Source: Chiloscyllium plagiosum
Taxonomy: Eukaryota
Length of the DNA stretch: 64,000 bases
Reading direction: 5' to 3'
Assembly (NCBI RefSeq): GCF_004010195.1
Contig: NC_057750.1
Coordinates: 16,966,726 to 17,030,725, forward strand
Both the position numbers and the translations under genes were made by a program. Shown here in pieces: positions 1 through 13,700 of the stretch (positions are counted from its first letter, which is position 1; every line of letters starts with the position of its first letter). The notes beneath the pieces were generated by a model. That model saw only the letters and a program-made list of their open reading frames with translations. It was not told where the DNA came from and ran no database searches.

Positions 1-1839
1 AAACTGGTAACAATGGACCTATCTGGAACCTTTTCTGTGGAGGAAAAGTAGGGATTGCTAGAGGACTTGGCTAATCCCAGCACTCTGGTAGAGGGGCAGG
101 TGGGGTGGGCCTATTCTAATTGAAGTACAATGATATTAATGGTTGGAACAGACTTCTGATCTGTTAGATCAAGTTTCAAACATGCCAAAGTTGATGGCAT
201 CTTGGCTGGGGAGGAATGTGGTGATTGAATCAGTGGTCCATGTTAATGACGCAAGTAGATCCCTTCTGGTGAAGGGAGTATAAGTGGGTAGAAATGGAAT
301 TTAAAAAGCACAATGGCTGGCTTAACTCAGTCGAGCAAATTGCCAGAGTATAAAGGGAGAGAGTCACTGAATCTGGCCCTTAAAAGTGGAAGTAGAATTT
401 TGAGGAAGCAAAAGTGTAACTAGTAACCCAAATTCCAAACTTTTGCAAATCAAATTTGCAAATGCAGTCCACAAGGCAATTTCCTAGAATGCACACTCTC
501 TCTAACCTGGGAGAAGGCTATTCTAGATCGAAATGTGTAATGAGGAGACTGGTGATTTTTCAAAGTTACCTCAAGAGGAATGACTAGAATTTCACATTCT
601 AGTTTGAGGGTAAGAAACTTCAGTCTGGAAATGGTATGCAAGAAACTGAAGCAGGTCACAGTCTCCTTTTAAGCTCCACAATCAATAAAAATAGTAGCTT
701 ATTTAAACTTGGGCAGGGAACTGGCTGGTGTCATCTCCCACAGCTCTGAATGCCACTTAGTCTGGAAAAAATCTTGCTGCATATAGTCAATGATAGCATC
801 TACAATACCCTGGAGTAAAGAATTCCAAATAGTACTTATCCTGAGAAATTCCTTTTTTGCCTTTAACTGAAGGTGGTGGCCAAGGTATTACAACTGAAAC
901 TGACTATGCTTTTCCAATGGAGTGGCAATCCTGGATCTGCTATGTTCCTGCATTTCCATTTGTTCCCTGTTCCCAACATGAAGTCTCAAGATAACTGCTG
1001 ACATTTCCTTTTGGTCAATATTGAATTAACCAAATTTTTACCTCTGCTTTTCTTAAATGGACCAACCCCCTGGGAAATTTGTTTCTATGGGAGTGCCTCC
1101 AATGTAGCAAATATAGATTTAGTTCACTCTCCAAAAGGCTTCTACCTCTTCCTAGAAATTGGTCTGAACATTTTGCTCCAAATAAGGCAGCCATCCCTCA
1201 CCTTTATGCTAGTGAAACTTTAAAAGACTTTGGTCAAATTGCCAATTGTAACAGTACTTAATATACAGTATTCAAATCTTCTCATTTTGGAAATTTGCAT
1301 CAAGCAGTCAATGTGCTGCTTTTAATAAAAGGCTTAAATATAATCCCAATATTCTGTAGAAACTGATCTTGTAACTTGTCTGCTGCTATGGAATGCACAA
1401 ACCGAACTGGTCTTCCCAGAACTGCAAAAGCAGCTCAGTGGAATTCAAGGGATAGCTATCTGCCTTTGTTATAGTTTCAGTATCTAAGAAAATTGCTTCC
1501 TAACCTATTCCATGACTAAGTCCTTCTTTAGAATTCCAGTTTCATAGTAACATTGTTCGTCATCAATTTGTGTGGTGGAGCAAGGCTGTGGACAACTCTG
1601 GAGGTGGTGAATTTTTGGTCTTTGGAATCAGTACTGATGTTTATTCAACTTGCCTGACTTGTTTAAAATATTTTTCACAGCTAATGAATTTTAATTTTTG
1701 ATACAGGATATCTTTCCAATAGACTTACTAAGCTATTCCTGCCACTTTTTTTTGAGACTTCTCCACCTCTTGATGCTTGCTACCTGTCTACTTTTCAATT
1801 TTAAAACTTATGCCGACACCCAAATGAAGGAATAGTTGG

Positions 1840-2125
1840 CCAGGTCATGATTTATTAGTCATCCCTAACTGGTCTCTGGGCACTTAAGTCAACCCTACTG
1901 TCTGCAATCCTGTGTAAGGGCAGGCCAGACCAGGTCATGATGGTAGTTTCCTTCCCTCTGACAATGCACTGGAAGGGATTTTCCTGACCATCAACAATGG
2001 ATTATCATATGCTCCCTAATTTTGGATATTTATTGAATTCAAATTCCACAATTTGTCATGGCAGGATTTAGACCTGGGTTCCTAACAACCAGGGTCTAGC
2101 GGGAATACCATTAGGCTTTCTTCCC
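1840..2125 (-). mobile_element. Degenerate tRNA-headed SINE (same family as 24580-24890)
   Basis: Reverse-complement similarity to 24580-24890 and direct similarity to 44605-44915 (agtcaacc, tttccttccct, gaattcaaattc, ggcaggattt...acctggg). Confidence 0.65.
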
Positions 2126-2399
2126 CTAAATTTGTTGAACTAATTCATACACACCAGCCACTCCTCTGCTGCTACCTATCCCACCATAATTCATGCTATT
2201 CTGTATATTTAGTTTCTAAATCCAGATTTTTGTGGGGTCTGACCTACCCAGATATCAACACACAAGTCAAACTCAAGTGGAGTTTTGAAGTTTAGTGAGT
2301 ATTAAATAACCCTACCAATGATGCTTCCTAGCATTTAACCTTATTCATCTTCACTAGTAAGATTCTAATGTAAAGACTATAATCAAGCAAAATCAGGCC

Positions 2400-5300
2400 T
2401 TTTTTATTTCCACAATGTAATTTATTTGTGTGTATGTATATAGTCATAAATGCAGTTTGGTTCTGGATAGTTGCATATCAAGTAAATAAACAGACCTCTG
2501 GACTTTGACTCTACATAATATTGATATTTACAAGTTTGAAGGTCTAGGAGGGTTCAATAACTGAATGGACCCCCATTTACCTTCAGCAGGGATATCTTGG
2601 ACAATAGTCTTTCCCTACTGTGCCTTGGTGGTAGCTGCTACTGTAAGCTTTGGAGCATCTTTGACCTTGCACTATGCCCATCTGCAACCCTTGGTCAGGG
2701 TCAACTCATCGCTCTGGAAGACCAGCAAGTTTGATAGACCAGAGTGTGTCTTTAACCGATGTTTGTGTCAGTGTCCATCGTGGGCAACAGACTGTGCGGC
2801 AGAGTCCTGTGTCACTGAGCTGCTGGGGCCAAACCTCCACACCAACCACTGCATCTTCCTCCAGAGTTCCTATGTAAAGGCACGTTCTAGAAGCAGATGT
2901 ATGACAGTCTCAATATCACTTTCCTTCTTCCACCATCTCCCACACAGCCACTTCAAAGGCAGCATGCAGTGGGTGTACATAACAGACTCTCACAGGTGCT
3001 GCCCTTGCCACCAACCAAGCAATGTCTTGTTGCTGTTGGCAAGTTCTGGGGATAAGGCATTCTGCCAAATGATTGACAGTCTGTTCAGAGCACCACACAC
3101 TACATTCCACCCTCTCCTTTTCTTGCGGGGTCTCAGATGTTACATGCTGACTGCTTTCTCATGGTCTTGTGGTCAAAGGTGCTTTTCTTTGCAAAATTCT
3201 GTTTGAAGGACAGGTGCTATGGAACTGTCCAAATATTTGGAGCATTTCGCAGGAATGAGGCTAGTTCTATCCTTCACAGGGGCAGGTAGAACCTCAGTAC
3301 ACAGTGACACTTGGTGTTTGCGTACCAAGGGTCTATGCACAGCTTGATACAGCCACACCCACAGGTGGCCATCAGATGACAGCAACATTGGGTACATTCT
3401 TCCCCTTCCCTTATCCAGAGTTTTGTATATGGAGTCCCTGAAGACCTGGTCTATCTTAGGCTTCCAGATGAAATGGAAGATGGCTTGGGTGACTGAAACA
3501 GCGCAGCTTTGGGGAATGGGCCAGATCTGTGCAACATACAACATCAGAGTGTCTCACATCTAATGACCAGGTTTTTACACATAAAGGATAGGGAGCAATG
3601 CTCCCAAAAGACCAGTTTCTGCCTCACCTTGGCAATGCTCTCCTCCGAAGATTTTGTACACTCCCCAGCCGCTCTGAACCCAGCAACTTCCAGTAATCTG
3701 TCCTGATGGTGAAGTGAATGAAAGATCGGCCTGCCCAGTTCCAAAAGAACAGGGCCTCACTCTTGCCTCAATGTACCTTGGCTTCCGAGGCCAGTTTGAA
3801 CTGGTCACATGCTCATGAGTCTGCACGCTGACAGTGAATCCGAGTGCACAACAGTGACATCATCCATGTACAGGGAGGTTTTGACCTGCAGGCCCCTGCT
3901 GCCTGGAATAATCACCCTTCCCAGGCTCACATCCTTCCTGATGGACTCAGCAAAGGGCTCTATACAGCACATACACAAGGCAGGGGAGAGTGGGCAGCCC
4001 TGCCTGACTCCAGATCTGATTGGGAAGCTTTCTGATTCCCATCCATTGATTGAGACTGTGCTAACAATGTTGGTGTGGAGCAGTCAGATCCAATTGCAGA
4101 TTCCCTCCCCAAAGCCCATTTTGAAGAACAGGACTTGCGTGTGTGAGTTTGCTTCTCCTGGTCCAGACTGATGAGGCAAGCATCCACCCCCCTGTCCTGT
4201 ACTTGGGTGATTGTATCCTTGAGGGTGAGGCTCTCTGAGATCATCCTGCCTGGTTTGGTCAGGGGGTATCACCAATCCCAGATCAGACCTGACCCGGTCA
4301 GCGGTGACCTCAGACAGGATTTTGTAATCTGCATTCAGCAATGATATTGGCTGCCAACTTCAAATTTGCTCCCTCTCCCCCTTCTGCGTGTAGATGAGGG
4401 TGACGATACATTTCCTCATGGATTCACACATGGTACCTGCCATTCGGCTCCAATAGGTCCTGGCCAATCCAGTCCCTCAGACTGGAATACAATTCGGCCA
4501 GTAAGCCATCGCTTCCAGGAGGTTTTTTCTTTTCTAAGGGCTCGAGGGCCTCGGTCAGCTCATCCAGAGATAGCGGCTGGTCCAGCCTCTCCTGTATAAT
4601 GTTGACTAAGAGCTACATGCTAGAGAACAGGAACGACTGGGAGGCCACTCTGACTGTGGGCTTTGTGTCAGACAGCTTGACATAAAAGGATTTGCTGATC
4701 CTCATGATGTCCGCCTGAGATGACATTACTGAGCTGTCAACCTCCTTCAGGTTGCTGAGGACAGAGCTCTCCCTGGAAAAAGAAACATGAGCACATCTCA
4801 GTCTGCCCTATGGAGTGGACCCTGGACCGGAAGGTTATCTTGGAAATCTCCAAGGCAAAGAGCAAGGTTTGCTGGCTCTTCACCTCCTGGAGATCCTCCG
4901 TGACATTGACCCCCCATCGCCTGCAGCAGTAGGCGGCTCTGCACGGTTTTCTGGAGTTTGGACAGTTTTTCCCACCTTCTGAACACCTTTGGAGGATGAA
5001 GAATCTCTTGATGTTCCCCTTGACTGTCCCCCACCAGTCCAATGGAGACTCAAAGCGGGGCTTCATGGTTCTCCAACCTGCACAAATCTGTTTTGAGCTT
5101 CTCAATGTTTTCTGGGGTCAACAATTTCATGTTTCAGCTTCCACATTCCCTTGCCGGCCTGCTGGTTGGCCTGTAGGTGACAATCGACCAGCAGGAGGCA
5201 GTGGTCAGAGACGAACACTTGATGTCATTGGATCTGACTGAGAACGTGCGGGACGCGAACAGGAACTCTGTCCTTGAGCAGATAGACCCATCTGGCCGCA
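2400..5300 (-). mobile_element. Tx1-like (L1-group) LINE, 5'-truncated within the endonuclease domain, decayed ORF2
   Basis: Fragments read SPLDWW..VKGNIKRFFI, LNADYKILS, SGVRQGCPLSPALC, SLYMDDV and a C-terminal ETVIHLLLE knuckle-like segment. A-rich 3' end near 2400. Many frameshifts. Confidence 0.85.
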
Positions 5301-5948
5301 ATTGGGTGTATAAGCCCCTTCATAGCAGTCCAAGCTCCTGTTTATGCTCCATTCTAAGATTGTTATTTGTTATCCAACTTTGTAAATATAACTCTTCCCC
5401 CTTTCTTGTGTTTACCAAGTATCCCTATTTAAATGTATCAACAATCTTTCCTTCAGCCACTCCTTAAAGTAGCAAACTTTACATTCTTACTACTTTCTGC
5501 ATAAAGAAGTTTCTCCTTACACTTTTAGTGAATTGCAAATGTTGGCGATGACTGGCAAGCTGCTTTGAAATGCTCAGTCCTGAACCAGCCATCGCCTAGT
5601 TGTTTGCGCAATTTTATACCCTACCAATAACTCATGCTCTTAAACAAAGGGAAACTAATGATTTATTCAATTGCTTCTAGGAACGCAAAGGCTAATTGAC
5701 AGGATGGAAGTGATGCTTCTATTGCAGTGGTTGGGGGTGGAGTGGCAGCTGTAAATAGAGATGCAAAAAAAGTTTCTTCCTTTCCAATAAGGGCAACCAA
5801 GTTACACTTCAAATTCTTAAAAGGAAGACTAAAGCAAAATACTACAGATTCTGAAAATCTAACTGCAGAAGAGCTATGCAGACTAAAGTTCTCAGGTCAA
5901 GGTAGGATTATTAAAAATACTTGGTTCCTTTTCTAAAATGCATTCAAC

Positions 5949-6245
5949 TGGTGGCACAGTGGTTAGCACTGCTGCCTCACAGCGTTAGAGACCTGGTTCA
6001 ATTCCCCCCTCAGGCAACTATCTGTGTGGAGTTTGCACATTCTCCCCATGTCTGCGTAGGTCTCCTCCGGGTGCTCCGATTTCCCCCCACAGACCAAAAA
6101 TGTTCAGGTTAGGTGCCCATAGTGTTAGGTGAAGGGGTAAATGTAGGGGAACGCATCTAGGTGGGTTGCTCTTCGGAGGGTCGGTGTGGACTTGTTGGGC
6201 CTAAGGGCCTGTTCCACACTGTCAATAATGTAATCTAATCTAATC
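5949..6245 (+). mobile_element. HE1-type V-SINE
   Basis: tRNA-like head TGGCACAGTGG...GGTTCAATTCC, V-domain tgtgtggagtttgcacattctcccc and (TAATC)n tail. Confidence 0.9.
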
Positions 6246-7482
6246 CCTTTGCAGAAAAGAGATTAAGAACATCTATTATGGCTGACCAAGGAGTGCCTTC
6301 AGGGTTTTACAGCAAGTAAACACTGTATAAGAACAGTGTTTGATTTAATTAGTAGTTTAGAAATATTACAATCCATAACAGTCCTGATTCTTACAACCTT
6401 TGTTATTTTATCACACAAGGCTAGAATTGTGTACATATCAGCTGAGATTTTTTTAAACTGACAACTTGCCAGTCTTGATTTTGCACTCAGTAGCAAGCGT
6501 TGGTATAATACATTCAATGTATAACATCTTCTTAATTAGCATATCCTCTGTGTAATGAGATCAGTTCAGTCCTAGTATATCAGATTTCAGGTTATTTCCA
6601 TGGACAATGAGATTTTCACAGTACAAATACCGTACCACTTGTGGATCAAACTGCAACTGTTGAACTTTGCAAAGAAAGTAACAATATTGCAATCATCACC
6701 GTTTTTCAGATATTTGCATTTTCCTACCTCAAAGGTTAATGTTTAATGAAGTGAGTTTACAAATTTGAAATAAAACAAATTAGACTCCAGAGTGAAAAAC
6801 AGTACCATGGGGTAATAAAGTCTGGATTGGTTCCTGGGTTCTATGAAAATTTGCAAAGCAGCAAATACAGCTAGAGAGGTTATGTTGGAAAGGTGGGATT
6901 CCTCCTCATGGACCCAGCAGTATTAACAGGAAGGTGGAATGTATGTGAAGAACATTTTTTATTCTTTCATGGAATGTGGGTATTTGTTATTTTATTCATC
7001 TGGAATTGACCTTTAACCCGAGTGGCTTGCTGGAACAGCAAGACATCTTAAATTTGAGCATTTGAGTAAAGTGGTAGGAGTTTCAGTGTAAAAGCTGGTG
7101 TGTTCCCAAAAATTGGTGGATCATATGAAACAGCCTGTCCCTTCAATCGGTTCACAACAAGGTACTGAATGTACCCAGGCAGCCTGTGTCTGCAACAGTC
7201 TACATTTGATGTGGTTTTATAATTAGATAACATTTGCTGCAGAATCCTGAATGTCTGAAGAATTACACTGACAAAAAAAAATTAGAACAGCCTTTATTAT
7301 CACAGGCACTCGAATGACTGCAGTGAAAAGTTGATAATGTTGCCACTTTGGTGCCATCTTAGGTACTGGGTACCCAGGTACAGATTATTTTAAGTGTTTG
7401 TTATAGAATTGAAAGAGTAAAATGAGGTTTAGCATAGGAATGCAAATTTTTAAAAAGCACTCAATTTACTCCAAGTCCAGAA

Positions 7483-7777
7483 TAGATCAGATTACTTACA
7501 GCGTGGAAACAGGCCCTTCGGCCCAATATGTCCACACGGACCCTCTGAAGAGCAACCCACCCAGACCCATTCCCCTACATTTACCCCTTCACCCAACACT
7601 ACGGGCAATTTAGCATGGCCAATTCACCTAACCTGCACATTTTTGGTCTGGGAGGTAACCCACGCAGACACGGGGAGAATGTGCAAACTCCACACAGACA
7701 GTTGCCTGGGTCAGGAATTGAACCTGGGTCTCTGGTGCTGAGGCAGCAGTGCTAACCACTGTGCCATCGCGCTGCCC
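7483..7777 (-). mobile_element. HE1-type V-SINE
   Basis: Reverse complement of the 48449-48763 copy, with an internal deletion. Confidence 0.9.
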
Positions 7778-8149
7778 TTAAGAATAAAGTATCTTTAAAA
7801 AGTACTCAAATTATAGTCCATTTCACTGAACCCATAACCAGTAGGCTTCAGAACATGGGACCACACTATCTCCACATGCTGGCCTCCAGCCTGAACCCAC
7901 CTCCAGGACCTGTCTCCCAGGATGGCCCAGGCTCGAACTGCCTCCCAGTCTGGGTTCCAGCCCACGACTCACCTCCAGGACGTCTCCCAGCTGGATCCAT
8001 CTCCATGCCCTCCGGTTAAGTTTAAGAAGTTAAGATTGGGGAGAGGGGGAAGAAAAACTGCAGAGAAGAGAAAAAGAAAGGAAAAGGGACTGATGAAGCA
8101 GAGGAGCTCTGGCAGGAGTATCCTCCTCTGCTCACCATCTTGAACCTTG

Positions 8150-8545
8150 AGACTGTGTTTTGGATTGTCATCGGATTTTCATTTGGGTTGTGCGTTGTGC
8201 TGTACTCGTGTATCAGAAACTTCATTCATTGATACATAAGGTCCTGTTCTTTACAGACAGACAGAATGAGTACATGGACAAAATAGGTGACAGCTATCTG
8301 CTGGTTCATTTCTCAAGGCAATGCCTTGACCAATCAGAATCAACTTATGTGCTTGAACATTTAACAAAGTCTGACTGTTAACTGTCAATCAGCATTAATT
8401 CCCTATTGGTAACACCTCTAACAATCAGAATCCACTTGCTAACCAATCACCACTTCCATGCAGTGTCAATATTGATTATTGCTAAATGTCCTGATGAGTG
8501 CAAAATGAAAATCTTCAACACAATGTCTTTGTTCAGCAAGATCTG
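8150..8545 (+). mobile_element. Penelope-like element 3' remnant with hammerhead-like terminus
   Basis: Shares sequence with both arms of 44125-44550. Ends with tgtcCTGATGAgtgcaaaatGAAAatcttcaaca. Confidence 0.55.
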
Positions 8546-8559
8546 AGAAAGGAATAAGT

Positions 8560-8690
8560 GGCAGACTTCTGAACGTAGGCCACTGGACCTGAAACGTAAA
8601 CCTTTCTCTCTACTAATGCTGCCAGACCTGCTCAGTTTTCCCAGCTATTTTTGTTTTTGTTTCTGATTTCCAGCGTCCAGTTCTTTGTTT
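8560..8690 (+). mobile_element. Penelope-like terminal repeat fragment
   Basis: gacctgaaacgt...atgctgccagacctgctc...gatttccagc; matches 24890-25020 and the terminus of the GIY-YIG-bearing copy at 54500-54600. Confidence 0.65.
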
Positions 8691-9329
8691 GATTTATATA
8701 ATCAGCAGTTTTGCTTGAATGATTACTATTCCATGGGCATGTGCTTTGAACTTCCTTGTAGAATCCCTTCTGAATGAAAATAGTTATTACTTGTTTACTG
8801 TATGTAGGATAACGCACTTACCTATCGGTGGAGCTAGAAATTCAGCTTACCACACTGATGAATATTATTTATAAATTTCCTTGAGTTTCACATTAGTAAC
8901 CTAATCTTATGCTGTATATCAGAAGTTGGAATAAGCATCACTCAGCATCTGTTCCACCCCTTCCAATGAATAATAGATAGTTCATCATTAATTACTAAAT
9001 AAATAATGAATTGTTCCATTGGCTCCGAGGTTTCATATACCTTACACTATAAATACAGCAGTCAGGAAGAACGTGCTGGGTGAGGAGAAAATTTTTAACC
9101 AATTGACTGTAGTGGTTTCAAGAAGTAAGGTTCCTTTTTGTATTATTAAAGCACTTTGTGCAATCAATAGAAAACATGAACGTGAGGGAAGATTGCAGCT
9201 AAATCATTGTAACTGTAAAGGTGTGGTAAATGGACTTCTGCTGTTTAATGTTTTTAACCCTAACAACAATGGCTTGGGCATCACTCAGTCATTCTTCGAA
9301 AGACTGTTGAAGTCAACATTTAATACCTA

Positions 9330-9835
9330 TCCCTTGTTCCTTTGAGAAGGTGGTGGTTATCCTTTCTCAACTGCTGCAGTTGGCATGGTTAAAGTGTTCT
9401 CTTTAAACTGGATGGGAATGCCAGAATCTTGACCCAGTGTTGGTACAAATACGTCTGTCTCAGAGTGGTATGTGGCTTGGAGGAAGCAACTATAGTAGAA
9501 GGTATATGTTTAAGAGGTGCTGCTCAAACCTAGGAGAGTTGTTGTTCTACATCTTGCAGCCAGTGGTGGTTCAGTAAATGTCAGAGGTGGTGACAGGGCT
9601 TTTATTCATAATCCTGAGGTAAAAACAATGACATCCATATCTGGTTTCCAGCATCTGCAAAGAGTGGTGCTGGAAAAGCACAGCAGTTCAGGCAGCATCT
9701 GAGGAGCAGGAAAAATCACTGCTTTGTCCTGATAGTGTGGAGCAGTGTTACAGCTGCATTCATCCAGACACTGGGGACAGAATTATGTCCTAATTTGTAC
9801 CTTGTAGCCAATGGAGAAACTCTGGGGAATCAGGA
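9330..9835 (-). mobile_element. Old CR1/L2-group LINE 3' fragment interrupted by a Penelope-type terminus (~9615-9720)
   Basis: Reverse-complement similarity to 23060-23710 (ttgagaaggtggtggt, ctgctgcag, ctgcattcatccag). Confidence 0.55.
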
Positions 9836-10213
9836 GGCAAGAACCACACTGTACAAATACCTAGCCTTTACTTACATTGGTAGATACACAGCTTTGCACC
9901 ACTACTGCATTCCATGTCCCAATACCTAGCCCCTTCATCTCTTCATAGTTAGTAATTCTGGTTCGCCTTTATGCTTAGGGTGTATCCCAAAAATTTCATT
10001 GAGTCAGAATTTAGAGCAAGGAAGGAGAAAATGTTGACAAAATTTAGAGTTAAAATGACTATTTCAGGACTTTGTAGAGGGTCAGAAAACAGAAAAAGTC
10101 ATCTTGGATCTGTAGCCCTGATCCTTGTTGCTGCCTGACCTGTAGGTGCAAAGTATAAGCCTGTGCTAATAACACAACAAAACCAACAGTATTCGACTGA
10201 AACAAAAACAGAA

Positions 10214-10713
10214 NNNNNNNNNNNNNNNNNNNNNNNNNNNNNNNNNNNNNNNNNNNNNNNNNNNNNNNNNNNNNNNNNNNNNNNNNNNNNNNNNNNNNNN
10301 NNNNNNNNNNNNNNNNNNNNNNNNNNNNNNNNNNNNNNNNNNNNNNNNNNNNNNNNNNNNNNNNNNNNNNNNNNNNNNNNNNNNNNNNNNNNNNNNNNNN
10401 NNNNNNNNNNNNNNNNNNNNNNNNNNNNNNNNNNNNNNNNNNNNNNNNNNNNNNNNNNNNNNNNNNNNNNNNNNNNNNNNNNNNNNNNNNNNNNNNNNNN
10501 NNNNNNNNNNNNNNNNNNNNNNNNNNNNNNNNNNNNNNNNNNNNNNNNNNNNNNNNNNNNNNNNNNNNNNNNNNNNNNNNNNNNNNNNNNNNNNNNNNNN
10601 NNNNNNNNNNNNNNNNNNNNNNNNNNNNNNNNNNNNNNNNNNNNNNNNNNNNNNNNNNNNNNNNNNNNNNNNNNNNNNNNNNNNNNNNNNNNNNNNNNNN
10701 NNNNNNNNNNNNN
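10214..10713. other. Assembly gap (500 N)
   Basis: Run of N. It truncates the L1 ORF2. Confidence 1.
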
Positions 10714-13700
10714 GCAAAGTTAGCCTTGTATAACTGACCAAATACTGGGGTAATAAAAATGCCTAAATATAAGAAACCCTCTAGGGACCACCGAAAGGGA
10801 AAGTGGGATCCGTCCAATAAGTGGGACATAATAGCAAGGCCACCCATTGGCATAGCCTCCGATTTTGAGAAATTAATTTTATAGCCTGAAAATGCACTAA
10901 ATGTATTAATAACTTGGATTAAGCGAGGCACGGAGATCAGGGGATTACTGAGAAATAGAAGAACATCATCTGCATAGAGGGCAATTTTATGTTTACCTGT
11001 ACCAATCCTCAGTGCTGTTATATTAGGATCAGCTCATATAGCTTCTGCTAGTGGCTCAATTATTACCGTAAATAGCAATGGTGAGAGAGGACATCCCTGA
11101 TGGCAATCCCTATCCACATTGAAGCTATCCAAGCTTAATCCATTGGTAATCACAACTGCCTTGGGATTACTGTATAATGTTGAGACTCATTTGGTAAACA
11201 CCTTTCAAATGCCAAACCTTTCCAATGTGTAAAACAAATATGACCATTCAACCCTGTTGAATGCCTTTTCAGCGTCTAATGAGACTACTACTCCTGGTAT
11301 CTTTCCCTGATGGCAGGCTTGAATCACATTCAAAACCCTTCTGACATTATTGGATGATCTAGGCCCTTAATAAACCCCATCTGATCCTCCTTTATGATAC
11401 GTGGCAATACCCTTTCTAGCTTCAATGCTAACGTTTTAGAGAGGATTTTAAAATCTACATTTAGCAAGGATATTGGTCTATATGACTTGCAATCTTCTGG
11501 GTCCTTTCCTTTTTTGAGGATGAGAGATATTCGCCTCTTTCAGCGAAGGCGGGAGACAGCCCTGACTGTATGAATAGTTATACATGTCCATAAGTGGACC
11601 AGCCAATTTTCTTGTAAATTCTTTATAGAATTCAGCTTGAAAGCCGTCTGGGCCAGGTGTCTTACCGCTCTGAAGTTGCCTGATTGCGTGAAGTATTTCT
11701 TGGATCGTTAGGGGAACATTCAAGACCGATACCTGTGCCGGAGTTAGGTCCGGAAAGGTCAGGTTTTTAAAAATGACTGCATCCTCCTAGTTCTGTCTTC
11801 GCAATCCTGCGATTTATATAAATCAGAACAAAAATTTTCTAAAGATTGCATTAATCCTTTTATGATCATGAGTCAAAATACCTGTATTTTCCTTGATAGA
11901 CGTGATAGTTTGAGGGGCCTTCTTTTTCTTTGCAAGAAATGCTAAATATCTACCAGGTTTATCGCCAAATTCATATAACCTTTGTTTTACAAATAATAGT
12001 TCCCTCTTAGCCGTTTCGGTAAGCATGGTGTTCAGAGCTGTCCTAAGGGCCGTAATCCTTTGTAATTTGATAATAGAAGGTCTGTCAGCGTATGCTGTTT
12101 CAGCCGCTTTTAAGCGAGCTTCAAACAGATGCTGTTGTTCTCCCTTTAATTTTTTTCTGGGTCGCTGAGTATGAGATGATCAAACCTCGCGCATAAGCTT
12201 TGACGGTCTCCCACATCATTGATGGGTTGCTAGCCGTACCGGAATTAATTTCTAAAAAAGTTTTAAATTCTTGAGAGAAGTACTTTACAAATTTACTATT
12301 TTTCATCAGGAAGGGGTCCATACACCAATGCTGGGGGGGATGTCTCATTGTTCCTCGCCTTGATTTCCATATATACAGCAGCGTGATCGGAAATTGTTAT
12401 ACTGCCTATTTTACAGGATGATATGGAATTTTAAAAAAATCAAGGGGGCAAAAAACATATAGACTCTGGTATGACATTTATGTGGATTGGAGTAAAAAGA
12501 AAAATCTCTGCCCTGAGGATGAAGGCATCTCCATACATCTACTAGTCCTAATTTTGTTCAAATCCACCAATTGTCTAGATCTGAGATATACTCCTTGGGA
12601 ATCCTATCTATTTCCGGATCCCTAATACAATTAAAATCTCCCCCTATAATTGTATGACGAGCACAAAGAGCCATCAATTTTGAGAAGGCTTCCGTTATAA
12701 ATTCAAAAGGATATGCCGGGGGGCAATACAAACTTAAAATCCCATATTCCTCTCCGTTTATAAGGGCTTTAATCAGAATATATCTTCCAGATTAGTCTTT
12801 TATCTGATTTAGGATTTTGAAAGGGAAATTCTTCCCAATAAGAATAACAACTCCCCTGCTTTTTGAGCTAAAAGAAGAAAAAAGGCCTGATCAAATCCAC
12901 CCTGTCATAATTTCAAGTGTTCTTTATCCAATAAGTGTGTCTCCTGTAGGAGAGCTATATCAACCCTTTCTTTCGAGGTTTGATAATATTTTCTTCCTTT
13001 TAACTGGTGAATTACTCCCCTTGACATTCCAGGTGCACCACTTAACAGAGTGATCAACCATAATCGTCCGAGCAAATCAGAGACCCCTTGGGAGGGGAAA
13101 CCTTATCCCGAGCATCGAGCATATAAAATTCACAAAAATAAAGGCTCTCTAATACACTCACATCAGTATAATTAAAAACTATTTCTAAATTTTAAAAAAC
13201 GTATTTAAATGGAGATTTTTTCCCTTGTTCCCAGGGGGTATCACTTCCTTTCCAAAAGTCCATCGTATCCTCTCCCAACCAGTGCCCCACCCTTAACCCA
13301 GGCGCTCCTCAATAGGATGAAGAAAATTCAAATATACTACAGAGCTAGAGTTAACAGTGAGCACCCTACCCCCCCCATCCACACCAACACCTGGATATAT
13401 TTGGTAATGTTAATACCATGTATAAACATATATAACTATAAAATTACANNNNNNAAATCCCTCTCCCCACCCCCCAAGATAATATTAAACAATAAGGTTA
13501 AAAAAAAGGGTATGTAAATCGGAGTGGGGGGAAAGCAAAACAACATCAATTATGTCTTACAATTTATCTAAGAGAGTCCAAAAATTCCTTGGCCTTTTCC
13601 GGCGATCCCAAGTTATACACGGACCCTTCATGGTTAAAGCGTAGCGTCGCTGGGTGGTGCAAGGAGTACTGAATATTTAAGTCCCTCAAACACTTCTTCG

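Noticed and set aside
2565..3206. 213-aa Cys-rich plus-strand ORF
   Set aside because: It is the antisense frame of the Tx1-like ORF2.
7860..8000. Repeated cacctccaggac..tctcccag units as a regular array
   Set aside because: Only two to three degenerate units with irregular spacing; likely the interior of an unclassified repeat.
8810..8855. Two minus-strand donor-like sites (AG|GTAAGT, TG|GTAAGC)
   Set aside because: There is no convincing acceptor or coding frame, and they lie beyond the gene's stop and polyA signals.
10059..10931. Long ORFs of 186-290 aa
   Set aside because: They are artefacts of translating through the N gap. Only the L1 RT portion is real.
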